Shown here: positions 1-11,690 of the stretch, in pieces | Layout of the letters: every line of letters begins with the position of its first letter | How positions within the stretch are numbered: the stretch's first letter is position 1 | NCBI GenBank assembly: GCA_032718475.1 | Contig: JAUCBJ010000292.1 | Coordinates: 1-53,123, forward strand | DNA: 53,123 bases | From: Nemertoderma westbladi | Taxonomy: Eukaryota; Animalia; Xenacoelomorpha | Direction of reading: 5' to 3' | The notes under the pieces: generated by a model | Told to the model about the DNA's origin: nothing | Databases searched by the model: none | What the model saw: the letters and a program-made list of their open reading frames with translations, nothing else | Position numbers and translations under genes: made by a program

Positions 1-2261
1 AAGTCATATTGAAGTCATATTAAATTCATATTACAGAATTATAATTCAGTAATCATTATTTATTATGGATAATATACAAATACTGCAACTACAATAATTC
101 TGGGTATCTCTGTCTTCCTGTATCGAATCATCCTTCGCCCTATACAATGGATTCAGTCCTAATTGAGTTTGATTTTGTCGCTCGTAGTTATTTTGAATTC
201 AATCTCGTTGTTGCTAAGCTTTTACTTGTAACGTCAATAGTTTTGAGTACCGTCGTTACCCAGTGTCTTATTGTAACTATTAAAGGGCTCCGGTTATGAC
301 ATTGTCGACTTTCATGTTTGAAGAACATCAACAACGTCACCTGGGATATTTTAATCGTCCATCAAATATCACATTGAGAAGATTCTATCGGTTCTACATA
401 GTTCGGAAATCCCTCAACGATTCTTGTCCTTAGCTGATAATATCCTGTCCCTTTCTTAGTAAATCTCACTGTGGTCTCGACCAGGGGTCCTGCTGTCAGT
501 GAATTCTGTTGATGAGGGTTTGGTATGAATCCCAGAGGAGTGTCAATGAAAGAATGGTTTTGTGGTACGTTACATATTTGATCGATTTGATCTCAAGTAT
601 GTGAGGATAACAACATATATATAATACCAATGATCCTAATAAGTTACATCCACCGAATAGAGGTTAGTGTAATATCAGCTAGAGGAAGATAAGTGGTATT
701 TGATGTAGCTAATCAATAAACACAACAATGAAAATACACCAATAAACCACCGGTAAATATAACCAATATTGTCAACATCTGGCTAATCTGATACTCAACT
801 TCGTCCTTAATCCGAGAGCTGTAAGGGTCCGGCCCCTTTACAAGAGGTCATTGCCCATACTGTACCAATATAACCTTCACCAACTAAGAGTGCACTTCTC
901 AATGGGCGTCTTGTAGTACGCAGCTTTTTATTGGTACAGCATACCACATATTGTTTGCTCACTTCCTGTAATGTATCCAAAAGGACACACCTCTCATACT
1001 AATCACACGATCATATTCTATTCACCTCCACTTTACAGCCAATATTGTATCCAAGGTTATTGTTCATCTTAAAATAATTATATTGGTTTAATATTATTTA
1101 CTGACATAAAATATATTGCATCCATGCTTTTTTTTATTTTATAATACAATATATCTTATTAGGTTATATAATGTCTTATTATTATTGTAATATTATGTAT
1201 AGATTGATTTCGTATATTCTTTTCGTATTTAGTATTCATAATTAATATTCTTGATATAATTCTCCAAGACAAAATTTAATTAATTTATTAATTTTTTTAA
1301 TAGCAAATTTTTTTAACTGTATTTTTTTTGTTGTTTGATATAAGGGCTTTCATATTTTTCGCTATTGAATGATCTGTTCACCACAAAACCAGCAGATTTC
1401 AATAACAGTATTTATGGCTGATATTCAAAACAATCTTTTTCTCCGTTTGTCGATTTTGAACTTTTTCATCACTAAATTCCCTACTACTTTTTATCTTTTA
1501 AACAATTGTCATCAAATTGTCCAAAATACCAAAATGTCCAGAAGGTTTGGTGTTACAATCGCGAGTATTGGTTTTGTAAAAAATGGCCATTTTTAACAAA
1601 CAATTTTATTATTAATTATTGGTATCAACATATTTGCATTTTGGACGGAGAACTTCAACCCAGTTGGTATACTGATCCTTAAACATGGATACATATAAAA
1701 TTTTTATTTCTTAATTAAAATTATGTGAAGCTAATAATTTTTTTTAGCTTTTGTACCCAATTTTAATGTTATGTATTGTCGGCCAGGCGAAATTTCAAAC
1801 TCACAAATATAATAAATTACGCGTCACAAGTTACTAGCGTCATGTTTGGTGAACGTGATATACCGTCTTTACATTCGATTCAATGCCCTTATAACTTTTC
1901 GGGGACCATTGCCCCCGAACAAGACCACTCTCCTCAATGACAATTGCTACCAATTGCAAAACAACCAACATGAATATATAACTCCAAACATATTATTGTA
2001 GTTTACTTTTAATCATTATTGCATAAAAGTAAAAGTTTTTAGCTAGACTAAAAATAAAGTAAAGCTTTATTGGGGCTGTTAGGTCATGGATTATCCACAA
2101 AGTCTTACGACATATTTAATCTACCCCCCCCCCCCCCCCCCCCCCCCCAGAACTATACAATCCAGAGGAAATTGTTGCTCTTGAACTAAGACTTAAAGAT
2201 GCAAGGCAGATATGAGCGCTGGCTAGTCCCTTTACCATTCGTGTCAAAAAGGAAACTATCC

Positions 2262-2343
2262 TGGGCGCCATAGGGATCGAACCCGCGACCTCCAGAGGGA
2301 TGTGAATTTAAAGCAAAAGATTTAACTACTACGCCATGGTGGC
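2262..2343 (-). mobile_element. tRNA-derived SINE head (degenerate)
   Basis: Minus strand reads GCCACCATGGCGTAGTAGTT... (A-box-like) and GGTTCGATCCC (B-box). It does not fold into a complete cloverleaf. Confidence 0.55.
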
Positions 2344-2534
2344 TGAATCATTAAATTTACCCAGAGGGGGTCAATAATTAATGTTAAGGGGGGAATTGTT
2401 GAAGGGGCAATTATACCAAGGGGGCTCTAGTCCAGTGGTAATTGTCCTCGGAGCCGGGCCATTTTGCGGGGATAGTTCTCCTTGGCGGGAAATATCCTGT
2501 CCAATAATCTTGACCAGAGACCAGAGGCGTTAAT

Positions 2535-2590
2535 GGGTGTAAACGTTGTACAGACACTGTGCCGACAGTGTCGGTACAACGTTTACACCC
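2535..2590. mobile_element. 56-bp miniature foldback/MULE-like element (near-perfect hairpin)
   Basis: GGGTGTAAACGTTGTACAGACACTGT-gccg-ACAGTGTCGGTACAACGTTTACACCC, flanked by a 9-bp near-TSD GGCGTTAAT/GGCATTAAT. Termini match those of 9856-10903. Confidence 0.8.
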
Positions 2591-2916
2591 GGCATTAATC
2601 TGGGGGCAATTGTCCAGTTCCTGTAAACTCTAATATTATGGCGTCCACATTACTTTAGCAGCACCAAATTGAATTAGGAATTTGGCCTATTTGACTTTCT
2701 GAAACTCACCAATTGAGAATAATATCTGCTACCGTTATATTTATGGCGGTAACCACAGTAAACCATAAGGATCATATAACATTTTTATCCTACCATGTAC
2801 CATTATCACCAATAATAATATTTGGATAACATATTAATATTAATTATTTTAGAACAATATTTTATATTATTTGTTCTGGACGTTGAATTTTAATACATAA
2901 TATTTAGTTGAATGCC

Positions 2917-3201
2917 ATGTTAACGATTTACTTTTCTGTTTTACTTTGGATCAATCTGACATCTATATCCAATGGATTGAACAACACCTACGATTCTACC
3001 AAACTCATCATGGTTGAACCTGTTTGTAAGAACTGTGTGGAAGAGGGAGGTAACTTAACATTAAGTTATGAACTCACAAACGATAAAACCGTTAAGGATA
3101 TAAGTTGGATCTATGTAGGAGGGATTGACGATATTCCTGTATTTGATTTGTACTACAAGGATGGAATATTAAACGTAAACCGACGCGACGGTTATACTTA
3201 A
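2917..3201 (+). pseudogene. Truncated paralog of the secreted Ig-domain gene at 3542
   Basis: Signal-peptide-like start. KNCVEEG.NLTLSY.LT.DKTVKDISWI is shared with the 3542 copy, as is the upstream GTTGAATTTTAATA. Similarity ends at DGYT. Confidence 0.6.
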
Positions 3202-3541
3202 TTGCCGCGGTCATGACCTAAACTGTTAAATACTTTATTATCAAAATCACATACAACAACACAATTATGAATTTATAGTAAATATAATTGTAGAATGCTC
3301 TATTCCTACAATTCGTTATATTATCCGTAAAATAGAAGATTAAAACTAAGAAATATAATAAGAAATAGTTTTCCTCCAGTCCGGCTCCATCTAGTTCTAG
3401 GACGCCTAGAACACCAATAATAATTTGGTTAACTAATTTATATTATTTATTAATCTATTATATTATTTATTAGTCTGTTATATTTTATTTGTTTACAAGT
3501 TGAATTTTAATATAAATTATTAATATCTAATATTATCAGCC

Positions 3542-4608
3542 ATGTTAATTATTTACTTATCAGTTTTACTTACTACCCATCTGACGTCTTTATGCCACGG
3601 AATAGATGTCGCTTACGATCCTACAAAACTCACCATAGAAGAACCAATTGGTAAGAACTGTGTGGAGGAGGGAGTTAATTTAACGTTAAGTTATTTACTC
3701 ACAAGCGATAAAACCGTTAAGGATATAAGTTGGATCCGTGGAAGGATTGACGTTTATCCTGTATTTCGGTAGTACTACGAGGATGGGGAAATAAACGAGG
3801 AGCTATACAACGACGGTTATACTAATAATAGTTTAATAGTTTCAGTTTCGGGACGACCTGTAGTAATAAGAGTTGCTTATACTAACGTCCATGTTGGTAG
3901 TGAGAGAGTGGAAGGGGAGTATATAAAACGGGAGGTTGGGAAACACGGGATAGAAATAATCTTAGTGAAGCAGGACGATGATGAGTGGACATAACTGTAT
4001 CCATCAATAGTAATACACGAGTGCACGGTTAATGCGAAATCGGAACCAGAATGTAGTTGTAGCGAACCGGAATGTCGGTTCACTATAACGGACCTGGAAC
4101 CCCATATAAGCTGCTCAGTAGCTGATTGGTTCCCACTGCTGAATGGGGCGGATAACTTACGGTTTAATGCAACGGTTGCCAACTTCAACCACGTCAGCGT
4201 TCTGGGTGAGGATATGGAGACAATATTAGTAAACAGGTGCAGTACAGTCGTTACAAACTAGAGGGCGGCACTACATACAAACTCGATAAGGACGGAGAGC
4301 ATATAGACTTCTCTCTAACCGAAGTTATCCAATCAAAAGATAATTTTACCTTCAACTGCATAGCAACCAATCCCGAACTCAATATCACTAAAACCTGTGA
4401 AGTCAATATCACCATCATTAACCAAGAACAACAAACTGATGAAAGAACAGATGTAGTTGAACCTAACGGCCCAACCTCCATCACACCCAATATAACAACC
4501 ACTGGTGTTCTAGAAGATATTGTTGAACATAACGGCCCAACCTCCATCGCACTCAATGTAACCCCTAGTATATTACTTACTCTCCTCCTATTTGTTAATG
4601 AATTATGA
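3542..4608 (+). pseudogene. Intronless signal peptide + Ig-like domains + GPI-anchor-like tail, disrupted
   Basis: Hydrophobic N-terminus; V-like strand with ISW; ISCSVADWFP and NFTFNCIATN Ig-type motifs; Thr/Pro stalk; hydrophobic C-terminus with no cytoplasmic tail. In-frame stops at 3770 and ~3992 and a frameshift near 4230. Confidence 0.6.
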
Positions 4609-5049
4609 AGGAATTATTTGAGAATAAAATCTTATTAGCTGGGCAATTTGAATAATTTAATAATATTAATTATTAGTTAAATTGAATAAATTATAATTTT
4701 AACTTTATGTTTGATTATTTTATAATATTTTCTTAGTTTATCTTGACTATCTAAAGTTGCAGACATTTGAATGCCTATTATTATTATCTTATGATAATAT
4801 CTGTTTTTTTAATTATGCTTATTTGAAGTGTTAACCAAAAACTAAAAATTAATATTATCTGGAATATCCAAAGAAATATAGATTCGCGCCATAATGTAGA
4901 TAATTTACTTTAATCTATTGAGAATAATAATTACGTTGTCTTTGTAACAAAATTTATATGGAATATATAGAAAGGATTAAAATTCTGTAATTCTGTGATT
5001 AATTTTAAACAAATATAAAGACACTACCTAACTGAAATGTATGTTATGG

Positions 5050-5920
5050 ATTTTCTCTGGTCGGGGATTCCTTGTCCGATGTCTCCTTAAAGTTTGACAG
5101 ACTACACTATCTGTCTGTCTATCAAAATTTAGGCAAGCCCATCGCCTGGCTATAATTGTTGTTATAGGGGTTTTCATGTTCACTGATTTCATTGCCTTAA
5201 AGTCTGCCTGTTAAAATATAACCGACAGACAGAGCCAGCATTGACTCCCATATAAAAGTACTGCTACTAATGCTACCCTAAATAATCTAAACTTGAGGTT
5301 CCGTTTTATTTTGTGGAACTTCCAAATCCTAGACAGAGTATTTAACGCTGCCAATGCCTTCCCCTTACGTACCCGAAGGTCTTCACCTGACTTCCGGATC
5401 CATGATCCCAAGTAGAAGAAGTCATCCACATAATCAAGAAAGTTGCCCTTACGATCAGACATTTCTTGAGGGCTGTCTAGGTTCACTGTCATAATTTTGG
5501 TTTTCTCGGAGTTTACAAAAAGACCAACTAGAAGAAGCAAGCAACCTGCTCCTATGAGCAGAGCGATTCTGACAGTAGCCCTGCCCTATATCATCAAGCA
5601 TCAACAATGTCTAGATCAGTGAGGTACTTGGCTGGTGTGGGGGGGGGGGGGGGGGGGTGTGTTACCATAACCCCGTCTTTATTATGATGATATAAGGACA
5701 TGCGAAGAACATAATCAACCACAATTACGAATAAGAATTGTGCAAGTGTGTCACCGTGAATGACTACCCATAAGACATTGAATGGATCTGTGTCACCATC
5801 ATCATTAGACGCAAATGTGGTGGAACATCGCACAGTGAACTGATAGTTGCAACAATTTCCTCAGGAATCCCACATGCTGGAAGTATACTGAATATACGCG
5901 GACGGGAGACTGAATCTAAG
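5050..5920 (-). mobile_element. Non-LTR retrotransposon (RTE-like) reverse transcriptase fragment, decayed
   Basis: Minus-strand peptides GDTLAQFLFVIVVDYVLR, LTDLDIVDA (degenerate FADD), VDDFFYLGSWI and VLLYGSQCW; frameshifted. Confidence 0.8.
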
Positions 5921-6139
5921 GATAATTCATAGCGAGAAAGACTTTTATCTTATACTGTAGTGTACTTAGTCGGATCGTTTGTTTCGCTCTAGATCTCGGT
6001 GGGCCCTCCATGTCAGACCACTCCAGGAGACTTGAAATGACTGCGATGCATGACTTGAAGTGATGCAACAATCATATGGGCAACAACGAGCAACGATGAG
6101 CAGCAACGAGCAACAATAAGTACTATAACAATGAGTTAT

Positions 6140-6780
6140 TATGCTGCACAAAGGCCTTTTAACAATTTCAACAACCCATTTCAGCATTTCTCATGCTGCA
6201 CGAAGGCCTCTGAACAGTTTCAACAGCAATTTTCAGCATTTCTCATGTTGCACGAAGCCATCTGAACAATTTCAACTGTTATTTTCAGCATTTATCATGC
6301 TGCATTAAGGACTCTGAACAGTTTTATCAACTCTTTTCAGTATTTCACATTCTGCACGAAGGCCTGAAAGTTTCAAAACCTATTTTCAGTCCTTCTCAAG
6401 CTGCTCGAAGACCTCTGAACAGTTTCAACAGCTCTTATCAGCGTTTATCATGCTGCACAAAGGGCAGCTTTTAGAGATCTTTTATGTATTTTTCAAACTG
6501 TACGAAGGCCTCTGGGCAGTTTTATCAGTTCTTTTCAGTTTTTCTCATGATGCATGAAACCCTCTGAACAATTTCAACTGCACTTTTCGGCATTTATCAA
6601 GCTGCACAAAGGACTCCGAACTGTTTTAGCAGCTTTTTTTTCAGTATTTAACATGCTGTGCGAAGGTTTAAATCGTTTCAAAAGCTCTTTTCAGTATTTA
6701 TAATGCAGCAAGAATGCCTCTAACTAAAGCGTTTTGACAGCTCGTTTCAGTATTTGTGATGCAGCGCGAAGGCCTCTAAA
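6140..6780. repeat. Diverged ~60-bp tandem array (about 11 units)
   Basis: Recurring ATGCTGCACGAAGGCCTCTGAACAGTTTCAAC...TTTTCAGCATTT at ~60-bp period. Confidence 0.85.
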
Positions 6781-6819
6781 TAGATTTGGTGGGGGTGAAA
6801 TGAACATAAGAACCCAGCT

Positions 6820-7085
6820 TTCATGTCAATATTGACATTATTAGATGTTAATATTGACATGCAATAAAACATATCATTAAAATTAACACAAACAACAATA
6901 TACATTGGTTGGATTCAACAATATTTTAATTAAAATCGATATTCTCTTTACAAAAAAACATTTTTTACTTTTCAAATCACAATATTTAAAAATTTATGAT
7001 CAAAACATGTCAATATTGACATCATGTCAATATTGACATCATGTCAATTTTGACATGGAACATATAACATGTCAATATTGACAAA
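6820..7085. mobile_element. MITE-like element built of palindromic TGTCAATATTGACA motifs
   Basis: The palindrome is clustered at both ends (6824-6860 and 7008-7083) around an AT-rich core, and it separates two related tandem arrays. No TSD resolved. Confidence 0.5.
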
Positions 7086-7099
7086 GTGCCCGACTGTAT

Positions 7100-7555
7100 A
7101 CTGCGCGACAGATTGTTTCAGTATCCAACATGCTGCATGAAGGTCTCTTCGCTTCAACAGACTGACAGATTGTTTTGTTACAGTAGTATCCAACGTGCTG
7201 CACACAGGCAGACAGGTCTCTTAAACATTTCAACAGATTGGTAGGCCTACAGTACCCCACGTGCTGCGCGAAGGTATCTTAAACGTTTCAATAGATTGTT
7301 TCAGTATCCAACATGCTGCTCATGATGGCCTGTTAAACATTTCAATAGATTATTACAGTAGGTACCCCACGTACAGACACACATGCAGCATGAAGGTCTC
7401 TTAAACGTTTCAACGGATTTGTTTCAGTATCTCACATACTGCGCGAAGGCCTCACAGTCTCAAACGTTTCAATGGATTGATTCAGTATCCAACAAGCTGC
7501 CCCGAAGTCTTCTGTGACGGTAGACAGATTATTCAGTGTCATGCACGAATCTGTA
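7100..7555. repeat. Tandem array related to 6140-6780
   Basis: Recurring TGCTGC..GAAGGTCTCTTAAACGTTTCAA.AGATTGTTTCAGTATCCAAC. Confidence 0.75.
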
Positions 7556-8292
7556 AATGCATTACCTTCTACCATTGTCATCTCACTGTTTTCTGGTTTC
7601 GTTTTCTTAACTTTTTTTAGGTGGTTTGAGTTGGTTTGCAGTACAGACTTCACTTCACATCTGCACATTCTGATAATATTTATTGACATTATAGTTTTCG
7701 AAATATACTGTAGTTTTACATAGAACAGTAGAATATACCTGTAGGTAGACCGTATATGGCCTAGGCCAACTGCCAACCATCAGCCGGTTGGAAAAATAAG
7801 ACTGTACTGTAACCTGTGTTCTTTGGTTATCGTTTATTGTTTTGGTTAGAAAAGCCTGCTACTGTAACCTGTTCCTTTCCATTAATTAAGAAATCTGATT
7901 TTGTATGCTGTCTGGCAGTCTGGGTGTGTCAGTGGGTAGGCTTGCAGGTAAACCGGTGGCAGGGTGGCAGTAGGCTGGTAGGTCATTAAACAGTTAAAGG
8001 AATCTTCAAATGAACAAAATGTAATATTTTGAAATAAGTGAAAACTGAAAAGTGAAACTCTTCTTACAGTTACAATTAACCTAAATCTTATTGTAGATAC
8101 ATTGTTTATGAAAAACATTTTTTTTTGTCTTTTTGGGTAGTTTTTTTTTTGGGTAGGCCCTAATAGGCTATTAATATTGTGTTTTTTTTTTGTGTTTTTT
8201 TGTGTTGTTTTTGTGTAATTTTTTGTATTTTTTTTGTGTATTTTTGTGTTTTTTTTGGGTAATATTGTGTTTTTTTGGGTAATTCGTTTCGT

Positions 8293-8587
8293 CAGTCGGT
8301 GAGAAGTCAAAAATTGGACTTGAGTCCAAAATTGGACTTCGACTCCAGTTCAAGTCCAAAATTGGACTGTAAATTGCACTTAATGTCTGACTGTACGTGT
8401 GCGATCCCTGTTTATAATACATATAATAATTAATTTGATCATTAAAATAATGTTGCATTGTAATTATGTAATATATATGTACTGATACGGGATGCAGTTT
8501 TGATTTAAATACCGATATACAGTATGGCAGTTGGACTTGAAGTCTAAAATTGGACTTGAAGTCCAATTTTTGACTTCTCACCGACTG
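8293..8587. mobile_element. MITE with 29-bp TIR and 5-bp TSD (hAT5-like)
   Basis: TIR CAGTCGGTGAGAAGTCAAAAATTGGACTT at both ends, TTCGT on both flanks, and subterminal AATTGGACT repeats. It is inserted in the terminus of another MITE (GGGTAATTCGTAGGACC; compare 32519-32535). Confidence 0.85.
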
Positions 8588-9653
8588 TTCGTAGGACCCT
8601 TTTTTTAAAAATCTGGATACTATTTAAAACGCATGGATTCGTTCTTAAACGTGTTTAATATGTAATAGTAAACGACTGGCAGCCCAGCAGTAGCTGGTAG
8701 CTGACAGGCTGAGTAGTGTAATTTCCGGTAACTGTCAGACTGCCAGGTTGGAATTCATGCATGAGCGCGCAGGTACTGAGGTATGCTTTGTTGTTTCGAG
8801 ATCACCGCGCACCTGAAATTGACTCGTCGCGCACCTTATCACAGTCATAATCCATACAAAATCGCGCAGCTCATGTCAGCATGTCATGCATATCTCAAAA
8901 AATCGCGCAGCTCATAACAAACATTTTACATTCCTATTCTGCTATTTTACAAGTTTGAGTGTTTCAAAGCTTACCGCCTGGTATCTTAGTGCGTCTCTGT
9001 ACGGTATGTTGAATCTACTAATCTACATAATAAACTGATATATAAATGTAAATGCAACATCAATTAATATTAAATATTAATATTAAAAAATATTTATTTG
9101 AAAAAGGCTCTTTTTCTTACTAATATTTTTAAAATTGAGCAAATTAATCTGACTTGTTTTCACAAATTTCCAGAAAATTAGTTAAAAAACGTCTTTTTAT
9201 AACTAATTTTTTACCTTTTTTTAAGTAATTTTTTACTTTTTTTAAACTAATTTTAACTTTTTTTAAACTAACAGAGGCTTGTCAGGTAGCTTACTGTACA
9301 GCTAGCTAGTAGGGTTCGACCGGAGCTCCGGCTCCGGCCGGACTTGGCAGGTCCGGCTCCGGTCAAATTAGGTGCAGGAGCTCCGGCAAAAAGTATTTGT
9401 GCTGCACAATGCATAGCTAGCTACATGGATAGGCAAGGCAAACATACAGCCAGACACCGGACGTCCGTCTGCGAACTGATCAACGTCTACTGGCAGACTG
9501 TACTGCCGACTGTATTATGGTATGGCCGTAGGCTAAACACTGTAGGCCTATCTGCCTATTGCTGTTGCATTGTCCTGTTGTCTGACTGTCTTTCGCTGTA
9601 CACAGGTACAGCTGTAGGCCTATGAGTCTGACAGTCTTCCACTTACCCAAGAC

Positions 9654-11526
9654 TAGGGCTCAACAGAAGCTTCGGCTTCGGTTCGGTTCGGGCCGAAGTT
9701 TGGCAATTTCGGTTCGGTTCGGCTTCTGCAATTGATACTGCAGAAGCCAGGAGCAAACTTTGCTAATTATTCCAAGTATTACATTGACTGATTGAGCTAA
9801 GACCAGAGGACAGTAAGACTAATCAATCTGTCCATCGTTGTACTAATTAATTTTGGGGTGCAAACGTTAAGCAGACACTGGTGCAGAGCAGACAGTAGGT
9901 ACAGACAGTGGTGCAGACAGTGGTGCAGACAGTGATGCAGACAGTGGTGCAGACACCTGGTGCAACAGTGGTGCAGTCGTGCAGCCACTGGTGCAGACAG
10001 TTGTGCAGGCTTTGATACAGACAGTGGTGCAGACAGTGGTGCAGACACTGGTGCAGACAGTGTTGCAGACAGTGGTGCAGACACCTGGTGCAGACACTGG
10101 TGCAGACAGTGGTGCAGACAGTGGTGCAGCCAGTGGTGCAGCCAGTGGTGCAGCCAGTGGTGCAGATACTGGTGCAGACAGTAAAGGCTGAAAGGGGCGA
10201 GCAGGTTAGTAAAGGAGCAGTTTAGTAAAGGAGCAGGTTTCAGACAGTCAGAGGAGTATTGGGGGAACCAAAACAATAAACGTTATTGTTTTGGAGGCTA
10301 AGAATACCCAAGGGCCAAGAATACTCGCAGGCTAAGAATACTCGCGGACTAACAATTCCTGAGACCTTACTGTAGTTAGTCTGCACTGTCTGCACCACTG
10401 TCTGACTGTCTGCACCAGTGTCTGCACCACTGTCTGCACCAGTGTCTGCACCACTTTCTGCACCAGTCTGCACCACTGTCTGCATCACTGTCTGCACCAC
10501 TGTCTGCACCAGTGTCTGCACCACTGTCTGCACCAGTGTCTGCACCAGTCTGCACCACTGTCTGCACCAGTGTCTGCATCACTGTATGTACCACTGTCTG
10601 CACCAGTGTCTGCCGCACCACTGTCTGCACTACTGTCTGCACCAGTGTCTGCACCACTGTCTGCACCAGTGTCTGAACCACTGTCTGCACGCTGCACCAC
10701 TGTCTGACTGTCTGCAGCACTGTCTGCACCACTGTCTGCTGTCTGCACCACTGTCTCCACCACTGGTGACTGGCTGCACCAGTGTCTGCACCAGTGCCTG
10801 CACCACTGTCGACTGTCTGCACGCTGCACCACTGTCTGCACCACAGTCTGCACCACTGTCCGCACCAGGTGTCTGCACCACTGTCTGCTTAACGTTTACA
10901 CCCTTAATTTTGGACTGAACTTCCATTTAAATGGCATTATTTTTTTAATTGTTTTCAGTTTACTTGGGTAGTTTCAAAATTAGCTTAATTATACAGTAGT
11001 TTAGGTTAGGCTAAATAGGCCTATTGCCATTTTACTTTGTATAGTACCTAATTTTTAATTAATCATAACTTTGATACATAATACCAAATACAGAAATATA
11101 CCTACTACCTCATACTGTCATATAAACTGATAAATAGTACTACCTGTACTTTTAGTGAGGTTTTCTAAATTTGATGTCACTACTGTACGCGTACGGCTTA
11201 CTACGGATGAAAATGTGGTGCATACAGTAGCAGTAAGTATACAGTAGTTTAGGTTAGTAATGCTGTACAGTAATGTAAATATTGTCATTTTATTTTGTAG
11301 TACTTATTTTTTTAATTAATCATAGCTTTCTTGCTAAGTCCGCAGACCAAATAGGTACCAGTCTGCCACTGCCAGTCAGCCAGTATAGTGACGTAAAGAC
11401 GAATTTATGACCATAACTTGCTAACTTTCTGAACTTCGGTTCGGATTCGGTTCGGTTCGGCCCGAAGTTGGCCCTGCTTCGGTTCGGTTCGGTTCGGCAC
11501 CATAAAGTGCCTTCTGTTGAACCCTA
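9654..11526. mobile_element. hAT-type non-autonomous element
   Basis: TIR TAGGGYTCAACAGAAG, exact 8-bp TSD CCCAAGAC (9646-9653, 11527-11534), TTCGG subterminal repeats. Confidence 0.9.
9856..10903. mobile_element. Foldback (MULE-type) element whose long inverted arms are 12-bp tandem repeats
   Basis: Ends GGGTGCAAACGTTAAGCAGAC.../...GTCTGCTTAACGTTTACACCC. Arms are (GGTGCAGACAGT)n and its reverse complement around a ~200-bp spacer. Exact 9-bp TSD TTAATTTTG. Confidence 0.9.
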
Positions 11527-11690
11527 CCCAAGACTACAAGACCTAACTTTAATTGCTACCAGTACTGCAGTAACAGAATTAGTTCCATTCCAATCCAGTC
11601 TGCCAGTTAGCTAGTACATAGGGCTCGATCGGAGTTGGGATTTGGCCGGAGCCGGAGCAGGAGCCGGAGTTGGACAATTTGGCCGGAGCC

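Noticed and set aside
2262-2343. tRNA gene
   Set aside because: A and B boxes are present but the stems are degenerate; better explained as a SINE head.
9797-10926. Cys/His-rich and GADS-repeat ORFs (also at 33835-34520)
   Set aside because: They are translations of stop-free 12-bp repeats in foldback arms and are open in several frames on both strands.
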